From NCBI GenBank assembly GCA_043228905.1, contig JBHGNT010000006.1:22196001-22260000 (forward strand): a stretch of 64,000 nt of DNA, in the 5' to 3' direction. The stretch comes from Azolla caroliniana. Taxonomy: Eukaryota > Plantae > Polypodiophyta. Made by a program: the position numbers and the translations under genes. The notes below the pieces were generated by a model. The model was not told the origin of the DNA. It made no database searches and was given only the letters and a program-made list of their open reading frames with translations. Within the stretch, counting starts at the first letter, position 1, and every line of letters starts with the position of its first letter. Below are positions 52,509 through 64,000 of the stretch, piece by piece.

Positions 52509-54762
52509 ATTCACATACACCATTCAAAATGAAAGCTACAAAACTACCCTTACACACTTTCACAATTCCTAAAGTCTCACCCCCAAATAGCAAAAAACAA
52601 AACAATCACACTTTTACTTACAAATATGCATGTTCATACATATCTTGCACATATGACTACATCTTCCCATATTCATTAAAACACACATATATACATAGAC
52701 ATGAATCCACACTTTATGAATACTTATCAACACAATGACATAGACATACAAAATCATACATACCATTACATACATGCACATAATCACATATACCAATTCC
52801 CACAAACATTGGCACATGTAACAACACTAGTTAAGATAAATGGAAGATATATCATGAGCACATTCACACATAAATGTCATAGACGAACACACATTTTTGC
52901 ATCTTTTTGGGCACGCCCATTCTCTCACACACTATTGTCATATAAGCACTCACCAAATCATGAACTTTTGCACTTACACCCATCCATATGTAAGAACTTA
53001 CAAGCATAATACCAAGTGCTCCTACACATGTCAATTTAAGAAGTTACTGAGCACACGTGTGCGACACCTCAAACTTCAACATTGGAAACTATAAATCCAA
53101 CGTCCTCAACCTTGTTTTCCTGTGATCCCACTCAACATTTCACGCACACGAATTTCCACATCAATGATCTTCGCATGGATGAAGAACTCCAACTAAGTAA
53201 AACATTGTTAACCAATTCCATGCAACTGGATATTGGTAAAAAATGATGGAAGAAGTGTAGCACTAAAGAAAGAGATGAAGGAATATGCATAAAGACAAGA
53301 GAATTAAGAGACTTCTAATCCTCTTGCTAACATTTTTAGAGAGCTGGAGCTAAAGTTTAAGCCTCTCTTACTTTCATTTCCTTCTAATTTATCATCTCAA
53401 CCCTAATATTGTGTAATTTTGTAAGACACAAAATGTAAACTTCCATCTTAAGTCTTTGGGTCATAGGATGCAACTCCCTAATCATTAATCATGCTTGTCT
53501 CTCATTGTTTTCAATATTTCTTTAGTAATTAGCATTACAGGATTAAGAGTGCTAAAGTGAGATTGTACTTGTATATGTGCATCTAAGCATTTTGTTTAGA
53601 GATTTCTTTGTTTGTTCTTTAGTGTTTGCGCATAGGCGTAGGAGTGAATCAACATTTTCTTATATTCATCTCATCAACAAAGAATAGATGTTATCTTGAA
53701 CCTCGTAGAACTTGGTTCTAGGTTAGTTATGTAGATCTGGATAGAACAACACGAGGTAAGCCCTAAATTTCCCCATAAGCCTTAGCACAATGTAACACAT
53801 CTAGAATTTTTACGCATCGTTTTCATATGAGTTTTTTCTTCCACTATGACCCATCTCTAGTGAAAACCATTTCAAGTTAAGTGGAATTGTAGATTTCTCC
53901 TCTTTGAAGTTCATTATATAATATCCTTAGGTGCATTGTGAATTATAAATGGCTATCAAATATCAAGAACGATGATTGACTAAATCTATTGTCTTTTGCA
54001 ATGGTCCTACTTGTAGATTATCACCATTTTCTAGCTTTCCACATACCATTGAAAACATGCACAAGTTGTAGTTCCAAATGCTTCATTAATATCATGAAAA
54101 TTTTGCAAATTACAAAGCTTATTTCACAAATTTTGAATTAACTACACTCTAGAAATAAATCAATATTGTTTTTAATTTTCAATAAGAACTATCTAATATT
54201 ATGACAATGTAATCATATCATCATGTATTGTTTTTAATAGTTACATGTTTCTTTTTTCATGAGCACCTATAAGTACACACTTCTTTTTTAATGATCATAA
54301 TGAAAAAGGTATTTGTTAGCCTATTTCGGCTAACTTGAGAACCCTAACATGAAAATGTAAGGGGGCGAAATAAATTTATAGTAATTAATGAGGATCTAAT
54401 AAGGAGCACTCATGTATTGTGCGTTTTAATAAAAGACAAATATTGATGGACGCATTAAATAGAAGTTCACATGAAACCATGAGAATTGATATTCAATTTC
54501 ATTGAGAACTTGGGTTTGTGCTTTCTACTATAACATAAATCAATTGAAGGTGTGACTTGATATTTTGTGTAGTTGTTACAATTCTATCATGAGACAATTC
54601 CTGACTCTTTCTTAAAGGCTCTGCAAAAAATAAATAAATCACAACCGAAGTGATCATTTCGACAAAAAGGGCAATTTTCCTTACGAAGGTAAGGACAAAT
54701 GATCACATATATGTGACTTTGATTTAAAGGGGGAACAAGATGGACGCCCAATTTGTTATTGA

Positions 54763-57459
54763 TCATATAGTAGGCTTTTGGAAACGATCTTGTTGCATTA
54801 TAGATTGTGACACTTTGACAGCAAGAAGTGGGTTCTTCATTGCAAATTCCTCATATTCACGAGTAAACAGCAAGGAATCCGAATTTCCTACGATCATGTT
54901 CATGGCTGCTTCCTTTAAAGCATTAGCACAATTCAATCGGCTTGCCGTCACTAATGCCTCAAGCGCATTCTCTAAGTTCAATATGCTTATGAGATAGATC
55001 TCACATATCTCCACTAATAATGGAATATCATATTTGTATCCAGCTAGCATGAGTCCAAGTGAATGACCCTCTAGTGCTTCTATTGTTAGTCGACCGGTGT
55101 ACATGAACTCTAATAGGTACTTCAATTCGACATGAGTAATTTCCCGGATATGAATCCTCAAGTTGTCGGTTGCATCCACCTCTAGCATTGTCCTGAAAAT
55201 AGTGGATCTACTGGCCTGCATTCAAAGAGGCCTTTCATTAACAATACTTGCAAGTGTTAGAATCTAGCAATATATAAAAAGTGAAATCAATAAGAAACAC
55301 CAAAAATGAAAAAAAATAAAAGCTGGAACACTTCAGTATTTGAGCAAGCCAATAGCTCTCCAGAAGATCTAAGCTTATAGAGCAGGACGAAAACAATAAT
55401 GAACAAAAGCAATATTGCCGTTGCCAACCAAAAACATACAAGCAAAAACTTCTCGATCACGTTTCTATTGTACATGAAACCAAATGCCATAAATATCAAT
55501 AACTTATTTGAACCTTTAAAGAGATACAGCTCTCCACCTTACCATGATCACCTTATGAACTTTAATAGAGCAACCATCATCCGTGACAAGTTCCAAATCA
55601 GTATGAAATCCTTCCATCAATGCATCGCCTAATGCTCCCAAATACTCAATCTTCTTTGATGCGGTGGCTACAGCTTGTTCTAATTGTTTGATGTTCTTCA
55701 GTGCATCAGCTAGATCCCCCTGTTTAGAATAATAAAAAACATTTAGGTTAAACATGGGATTTTTCCTTGTCTTCTTTACAGAAAGAAATCTCATAGTTGA
55801 TATCATACACAAGCAAAATCACGACACTCAATGAGAACTGCATGTATGCTACAATCAAATGCATACATACATATTTACATCCACCATGTATATATGCAAG
55901 AGGTATCAACAAGGCACGATGTTATGCTACATGAATAAGATTCACATTGAATGATATCTACATAAATGTACCAATTGGAACTGGATAGTATTCTTATCGT
56001 TTGCATAACTAGGCATAACCTTATAAAAGTGACAAGCATGAAGGTGGAAACATCGGGCATCTTATCCATGCATATGGGCAACTGTATTTGCCGATAATGC
56101 ATATATTTATAATTAATGACCCTGTATAATGTTGAAATTAATATCACTAACTTAAGTCTTTCCGCAGTTTTCTTACGCTTCATGAAGAAAAGGTTGCAAT
56201 CACCCTAATATCCATATAACATACAGATTAACTACAATTAGCATCACATCTCCATCTTTACACATGACAATCGTAAAGGCTAATATACAATGTAGCATCC
56301 CAAGTTGATCATTGCAAATAATGACCCCACAAAATATACACAATTAGCATTATTACATCACAATCACCCTATGCAGTGTATAAAACATACACAATCACAA
56401 CTTAACTTTACTTAATCACCTTACACAATGTACATCTTTACTATGCGTAATCGCCCTGTACCATCATTATGTATAGCATTAACGTCACAAATTACAACCT
56501 AAACTTGATCGTCACAATAAACACCTTATATGATGTACAAAGTTTTTACATCACAAATTTTTAACCTTTACAGGATAAGCACCCCATATCATGGACCATA
56601 TTAAAATCACAAACTTACTCTTTACACATGACGACCTTATATAATATGCAGAATCAGCATGGCAAACTTAATGTTTACCTTATCAACATCAAAAACTTAA
56701 TCTATGCTACATATATAATCGCCTTATCTAATGCACAGAATTAACATCACAAATTTGATCTTCACACAAAAAAACCTATATAATATACAGACTTTATATT
56801 CACAAACCTGTAATGTTTAAACATATACATATATATAATGTACAGAACTGACATCAGCAACTTGTGAATCTTTACACATATAATGTACAGAATTACAATA
56901 AGAAACTTTTGAACCTGTATACATACAATGTGCAGAATCAACATGAGAAAATTTTAAATTTTTACACATATAATGTGCATCATTAACATAAAAAAAACTC
57001 TTAATCTTCACACATATAATGTACAGGATTAGCAGCACAATCTTTTAATCTTTATACGTAATGGCCCTATATAATGTACGCAGTTAACGTTACAAGCTTT
57101 ACTCTTTTTGGCGTCAATTCATGAAATTTGAAGCGAATCGACATAAAACAAGCAGAAGAATTAAAGAACGAGACGCTACATACCTTCAAATGGTTTCTAG
57201 TTAGGGTTCGAGGACGTGAAGCATCCGATTCTTTACCATCCTCCCTCTTCTTAACCTCCTCGGTGTCCAGACGTTGAGAGAGAAGAAGGATCTCCTGAGC
57301 GGCATGGAAACAGCGAGAGCAGATATCGTTGAGGTTTCGCGATCGGAAGGGGTAGTCACAGAGGCAACAGGACTCCATAGGTCTCTGGGACTGTTTCCTG
57401 TACCCTCTCGCGTCGGTGTCGCTGTCGCGGTCTTCCTCTGCGTCTCTGTTCCTGCGCAT
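54763..57459 (-). CDS. BTB/POZ-domain protein (At3g56230/At1g01640-like), 301 aa; exons 57184-57459, 55543-55719, 54763-55215
   Basis: N-terminal CCLC...ICSRC and coiled coil; HTDLELVTDDGCSIKVHKVIM|ASRSTIFRTML, LLEFMYTG, AGYKYDIP. Phase-0 GT..AG introns. Confidence 0.9.
56200..57100. repeat. Degenerate ~43-bp tandem array in BTB intron 1
   Basis: Units like tttacacatataatgtacagaattaacatcacaaatttttaatc, best conserved at 56700-57090. Confidence 0.75.
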
Positions 57460-57633
57460 CGGCCATAGCCAAAAGCTCTCCTTTCTCGTTATTTACCAGA
57501 CTACCCCTGTGATTTCTGATAATTACAAATAGTACCCCCGGCCTTTATATATATAACTACCATTTTGGAGGGCCTTGGGAAGAAAAAGAGAAAGTGCGAT
57601 AAATACATCATACATTCATTATTATTATTATTA

Positions 57634-57928
57634 TAGGAATCGGCAACAGTTCGGTCTCGGCTTAACCGGTTTGGAAAGTTTTCAAACTTGAACCGAGCCA
57701 ATTCCTAAACCGGTTAAGCGAATCGGTTTGGACAAAGCCCTTTAGCCTTAATCAGTTTGTAAACCGGTTTGGCCTCATCCGATTCGATTCGGCTTGAGCT
57801 TTGTCAAACCGAGCTCAAACCATTTAAAGAAGGTCAAGCCTAAACAGAGCCAAACCAAACCACCAAATTGTTTTTTAAACGGTTTAGCGGCTCAGTTTAG
57901 GTTTGAACCGAGCTGTTGTCAAGTCCAA
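57634..57928. mobile_element. MITE-like element rich in AACCG/CGGTT (hAT-like)
   Basis: Imperfect TIRs taggaatcggcaacagttcggt / accgagctgttgtcaagtccaa; no TSD seen. Confidence 0.55.
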
Positions 57929-58049
57929 AATACATGCATACATAGATTCTACTATCATCTTCAGAGGTCAAATATGGCCTATGAGACCAAAAATATTACA
58001 TTTCATGTAATATATGTGAAAGTGGGTAGCGACCCTTGATGTCCAAGAA

Positions 58050-58890
58050 CTTTACCAATGAATGTTACAATTGAGGGTGCACCTTGTGATTGTGAGAGAA
58101 ATTCACATGAGTATTCGATTTGGTTAAAGATATGTGGAACGCATAGTCGAATATGGTCAAAGGCAAAGCATTGTACCAAGTGTGATACTCAAACTCCCAA
58201 ACTTGTTTAAACCAAAGTGTGCATGGTTAACCACTCTCATCCCAACGCCCCATTTCACACTGCAATGTGTGTGAGCTAATTTGTATGGAAGTAATGGTAC
58301 AAATTGTAGACAATGGTATGGGCTCTAACATGTATTGATGGGTACGGTTTCCCAATTCAGCAAAGATATATGGTTTTATAGTTAGGTCCATCATGTGTAG
58401 TATAATGTGTGAAGCGTGAGCCGTTACATTTTTCCAGTGTCATGATACATTGGCATTGCAAAAATACTTCATTTACAGAGGAATCTAGTGATGCATCATG
58501 AAGCGAGTGTGTTCCATCCTATCCACCAAACCATTTGAATATATATTGCATCCAAATATAACACAAAGTTTTGCTTCTATACATTGTTTGGATCCTTTTG
58601 GTTACTTTCCATGTGATTCTAGGAAGTCGATGTGAGGGACTTTTTTGAACACGAAGCATGTATTTGACATGACAACACTTTCCATGACCATGACCTCAAT
58701 AGGAAATGATCCCATCCGGAAGGAGGAGGGTGTATTGCGTTTTTTTTAACTTGTAGAAACATTGTAAGAAAAATGCTTTTGGAAAATTTCAAACTCTTTT
58801 GAGGCTATTGCCCTATACTTCCACCCCATAAAGAAACACTAGTGTCACCAAAGTGTTGAAAAGGTATTTCCCAAGGACCCAACACTTTAT
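58050..58890 (-). mobile_element. RTE-like LINE 3' remnant
   Basis: YLFNTLVTLVFLYGVEV and HTLQCEMGRW...EYH motifs on the minus strand. Confidence 0.55.
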
Positions 58891-59339
58891 GGAGAGAGAG
58901 AGAGAGAGATTAACACCTTCTAAGACCAAATTTGGCCCATGAGACAATTAGTTACAATAATGGGATGTGTACCCAATCATTGAAGAATAAAAATAGAAAA
59001 AACATAGATAAAAGAGTTTTAGTATGGTACAAAAGATGTTATGGTGTAACATACTCTATAAAGGAAAAAACTATGTGATGGAACTAGTTTCATTTCCATC
59101 CAAGACTCTCTAAAAGGAGCATGAGGTCAAAGGGTTTTGATGTTGATATGGCTCATGATCCCGATGTAAAAGGTATCCCGATCATAGCTTTCTAGGCGGT
59201 GTAACTCACGTTCCTTTATCTTCTTAATTTCTTCTACATGAGTGATTTTGAGGCCCCTATATCCAAGAGCGTTTGGTTGTTATTTGGTTTTTTGATTTAG
59301 CGAGGAAGAGGCCAAATGGTGTAGGTGTTTCCACATTCA

Positions 59340-59832
59340 TCATCCCCCCTATCCTTGAAAAATATCAGTGCTTACATGTTGGTGAATATTAGAAAGGTTT
59401 TGGTTAACATTCAGTAGCTTCGTCTCTTTATGTTGTTTTAGCTCTAAGATATACCTACCTAGTGTCTTTATATCTAGGGCATCCAATAGTTGGGAGAGGG
59501 TCTTAGCATGTATTGATATTTTTCCTTGGCTTGACACAAGCTAGACACTTGCATGTAAAGTGATACTTATCCTCTATCTCTAGGTGACATAATCTACATA
59601 TCCTTTCATCTTTAGGGACTCCATTAACACGGCCAATCTCAACCTCAAGTTGGTGAGATGATACTCTAAGTTGCCCAATGGCAACCCTTAGTGCATTTGG
59701 TAAGAACTTATCTACATTTTTTGGTCGTATAATAAAACCTAACTGAGAGAAATGCATGAATCGTTCCTTATAATACAACATTTTAGACGAGAATGGCTTT
59801 GGTGGGTTGATGATAGACAAACACCCTTTCAT
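59340..59832 (-). mobile_element. RTE-like LINE C-terminal remnant
   Basis: QLRVSSHQLEVEIGR...ERICRLCHLEIEDKYHFTCKC. Confidence 0.75.
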
Positions 59833-61177
59833 GATTTTTTCATCTCATCACTCCATGCAAGTGAATGATAAGAGGGTGAGAATATAAAAAGTATGTTTGT
59901 CAAACCTCAATGTGTTACCCACTATACATCCAAAGTTCAAACTATGGCATATAGATTCACATGCTTATCTTTATTTGTCTTTGCTAAAAAAATGTGTAAG
60001 TTAGTATTGTAGTGATAAAGGTTAAGAGTTCAAATATATTTTGCTATGTTTGCTTCAGTTATTACTATACTTTTGAGATGATATGAACAAAATAAACAAC
60101 TCGACTCGAAACTAAAATATATGGGTTTGCAAACATTGTCTATATCTTGGTGTTAGGGAAAAAAACCATTTCCATAAATTCAACGCTCTTAAATGCATTT
60201 TATAAGTAACTTTACTTGTCATTTTTTTCGTTTCATGGTCCAATTGGCATATGCTTGGGTCGTACTACCATGAAAAACACAAAATGCCCCAAATTTCTAT
60301 GTTGTGATCGATGCAACATGAGTGATGTGCCTTGTTGAGCTATTATATTTGCTTAGCATTTATTCCCTTTCATGGTCAATGTGGGTTACTTAAATACAAA
60401 ACTTTTCCTCTTGTATTAACTTTACTATTGTAGTCAGTGAAATATCAATATATACCCCTAATAAAATTACGTATTCAAGTTTCCCCTTCACCAAAAAAGG
60501 AAGGGTGTACATGTTGATTTGAGCTTTTTACAATAATGATTTAATCATTTAGTTATTGACATGAGTATGAGAACAAAACCAACGATTAATATCATGTAAT
60601 GCACTTAGCTAATCATAGATTGCAAGCATATTTAGCAACCTTTTATGAGCACAGGCATTGGTTGACAATGACCATGATTAATCTCCGATTACAAACATAA
60701 GAACTACATTGCAAAGGATCAACATTCTATAAACACTAGGGGTATTTTATACATTACCTTTTGTTACTATTTTCATTGGATTCGATGTGTTGCTTATTGG
60801 AGAAAGGAGATCCAAGTGATTCATTTGATAATCAGCATGGAGTTCACGAGTGCGAGGTCCTACTTAAAACATGCATTATTTACATTGGCATTCAAGAAGC
60901 GAGTCTCTTGGCAGTAATTCGGACACGATCGCAGTGCAGGCAATGTTGTCGAGACTTGAATGGAAACAAGAATCATGGGGAGGGAAAGAAATTAAAGATG
61001 GTGCCAACACGAGGAGCCATCTCACGTCAACAATCGAAGTAAAAACAGCTACTGAGGGCAAATACTTCGATGGGGGGGGGGGGGTAAGAGAAATGCCGAG
61101 AAGAGACAAAACAAGGAAGGGATGGATATGTCCAGAAGGTTCGGGCGTTTTCTCAGGAACTATGTCACTTCCAGATG

Positions 61178-61210
<33 letters not shown>

Positions 61211-61524
61211 TGACAACATGTATGTATGCTCCGTACCATGTGTATTGGGCGAAAGTGATGGAGCGTGAGGCATGGCATGGCTCGGGATCGACCAAAAACA
61301 AGAAGCCAGATTGGGGAGGGGGGTAGGTTTGGAGATATCGAGAAACTTAGCATTTTGTTTGTTCTGAAAGGAGAGGGGGGTAAATTTGTTCTGTGAATTT
61401 CCACAGAATCTCAACACCAAAGTGAATGAAGGAATGCATTTTCATGTTCAAAAAAACAAACAAAAAAAAAAGAAAGATAGTTTGCTCCACACAGCATTTC
61501 TGGTTTTTTAAAAACCCTACAGAA

Positions 61525-61557
<33 letters not shown>

Positions 61558-61781
61558 AGAAGCTCTGTCGCGAGGGCAGCTCGCTCAGATAAGCAGAAGA
61601 AGGAGAGAGGAGAGAAATTGCAAACAAAAAGAAAGGTAAGATCTTACTCTCCCTTCATCCCCCCCCCCCCCCCCCCCCCATCTCTTTCTCTCTCTCTCTC
61701 TATATATATATATAAATATGTATACATATGTCATAAGAAGAAGCATCATCTGAAGATGAGCTCTATGCAGGTTGAAGAATC

Positions 61782-63883
61782 ATGGCTCTTTCTTCAGTGG
61801 GGGATAAGATAGTATTTTCAGACATATGGGTTTCTCTAATGTCCGATTCTTCTTCTTCTTCTTCTTCTGGAGACGTTTCTATGGTCCCTTTTACATGGGG
61901 TCCTTCAGTTCGCGCCATAGCCACATTCACATCTGACCACACTCGCAAAATAGTGGATTTTAATGATGCCCACACTGATGATGATATCGATGTCGATAGA
62001 AAGTTCAAGTTTCAGTGCTATTTGGATCAAACTAAGGTAAATTATTTTTAACTCCAAACTATATGGTTAATCAGATGCAACTATAAGGTGCTATTTACAC
62101 CAAACCAATGAAATATATTATATTAGGAAATAGAACTTCTCGTGCAATTGGATTAAATTAAGGTACATTTTATATGTGGAAATTAGAAATTTTGGTTCTA
62201 TCCAGATTGGACCAATCTTAAATTCGTGTACTCTAAAGTCGAAGTTTCAATGTTATTTGGTTCAGGACTCCGCATAAGCTTTTCTAAAACTGTCTCATTG
62301 GGTGGAAAATTGGATTTGTCTAAGTCTCATCGGAGATTCAAATCAGATAAAATTCCTTTTATTATTATTATTATTGTTAATGTGGCATCCTCACAAAAGA
62401 CAATTAGCTTAAGAGATTCTGGGATAGAATGTAACTGATTGCTGTCTATGCATATGTTGGATTATGAGATGAGTTACTTATTGTAACTTTTGCTGTTAAT
62501 GCTAATAATTTAAGGAATGCATTTAGATCCATGAAAGTTAGGATTGTTTACAATGTATATTTATATACTATCTATTTAAAGTTAACTAGCAATTGAATGT
62601 AATCTTTTACACATGTAATCCTTCTCTGTTTATGCCCTTCCAATTTTCACTTTACTGCATGAAAGAAATATGCAAAGGTGGTTTGTAGCATTATTTGCCT
62701 TGCATTTTAGACCTTCTTCACCATTTTTTTTTTAGGTATACAAAATGGGACCAAGCTCGCAAATCTGGATGGTGGATAATAGCTCTGTGAAGACTTTATC
62801 AAAGGTATAAACTTCTTATGTTCACACAGCTTTAACAACTCGTTTTAGTGTTTGTAATTTCTTGTTGGATGTTTTTGTAAGTAAAAAAGTGTTACAAAAA
62901 TTCCCATTATCTTTCTCTTGTTTATGTAAGAAATTATTTCAATGCATACAAAGTGAAGCTAATCAGCAAACCTATATTTGAAGTTTGGGCAGTTTTTGGA
63001 TTTTTGTATAGCCATTCAAGATTGCGATTTCAGGCTTTTATGCATACTTTGAGAGTCATACATCTAAATACATGTTATGCATGAAGTGAAGCTTCTTGCG
63101 TTTCTTAAATTTTAGAAGATGAAACTTAAACAGGCAGAACACAATATGACAATGTGGGAAGCCCATTCTTGGTTTCTTTATAGTCTTTCTTTTTCTCGCT
63201 ATTCTTTCTAAGCCTTTATAGCATAGAAGGTGGGATCTCATTAAAATCGTTTTTTATTTCTGTTACTCTATATTTTATCTTCATACAAAAAGATAACACG
63301 TTTTCACTTTGTTAAACATCATATAGACGCCCTCTGCAAAAGCCTTTGCAGTTTGCTGCAAGTCAGAAGAAGCAAGCAGCGCATTATTAACAGCAGTTCA
63401 TGAATGGAAGTCAACAGGTATTGTACTCCTGTTTAGTATTGTCTATAGATGCATATGTATTATTGCATGATTTGTAGGTTGTCCTGCATTCACTTCAATG
63501 AAAATACATGTATGCATTCTTGTTCTACACATACCTGGTATTTAATGTCTATAAAAAAGGACCATAGATGATTAACATTAATATTTAGAATTTGATGTAT
63601 CGTATATTTAGTTTGTTGTTCTGAGTATATGATTGTGTAAGAAGATGCATCAAAGTTCTGGATTGATATGGACGCATATTTCTTTGGTAGCATGGAAGTA
63701 ATTACACAGTATGCTCAAAATTTTGTAATGCTACAGGGTGTCTGGAAAATGGTATTATGGAACCTATAAAAAATTCAAGTAAGTTTGATGAAAAGATTGA
63801 GTCATCATCTGCCAAACTGTACTTCCATTATTATGGGCAGCTACTTCATCAGCAAAACATGCTTCAAGATTATGTGAGAACAG
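61782..63883 (+). CDS. PRMT4: Protein arginine methyltransferase PRMT4/CARM1, 5' part (continues beyond window); exons 61782-62036, 62736-62804, 63327-63417, 63737-63883; probable 5'UTR intron 61636-61770
   Basis: SKFDEKIESSSAKLYFHYYGQLLHQQNMLQDYVRTG is the plant PRMT4 signature; exon phases are consistent. Confidence 0.9.
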
Positions 63884-64000
63884 GTATACTCCATGTATAT
63901 CAATATGTGTGAAGTCATATACCTTATATCACACATGCAAACTGTAAGTAAGAATTTTATCACCCAATGGTGCTTCCAAAGGTTAGAGATTTATGAGGAG

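Noticed and set aside
60761-61812. Several 80-150 aa ORFs upstream of PRMT4
   Set aside because: Low-complexity GA-rich promoter and 5'UTR sequence with no protein motifs.
63011-63035. Extra PRMT4 micro-exon
   Set aside because: Exons 62736-62804 and 63327-63417 already join in frame and fit the homologs as recalled.

Overview
Eukaryotic land-plant nuclear DNA, AT-rich with spliceosomal introns. A Tcn1-like chromovirus suggests a non-seed plant such as a fern (inference). Spliced gene models read from the sequence: AAE19/AASDH-like A-T-PQQ enzyme, an EC2-reduced tetraspanin, an ENODL-type phytocyanin, a Bet1-like Qc-SNARE, a remorin, a BTB/POZ protein, the 5' part of PRMT4/CARM1, and a possible small secreted Cys-rich peptide. 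Between them lie nested transposons: a LINE interrupted by a very young chromovirus, and a LINE interrupted by a solo LTR and a Copia element that itself carries an LTR+PBS fragment. RTE-like LINE remnants and MITEs are also present. The most unusual locus is BET1. It has three tandem paralogous 3'-terminal exons: two intact with different transmembrane tails and one frameshifted. Its first intron is largely built from degenerate copies of its own 3' splice junction. The chromovirus shows a self-priming PBS, a -1 frameshift signal, and a tRNA-like A/B-box module in both LTRs. All alignments were done by eye; no database searches were run.
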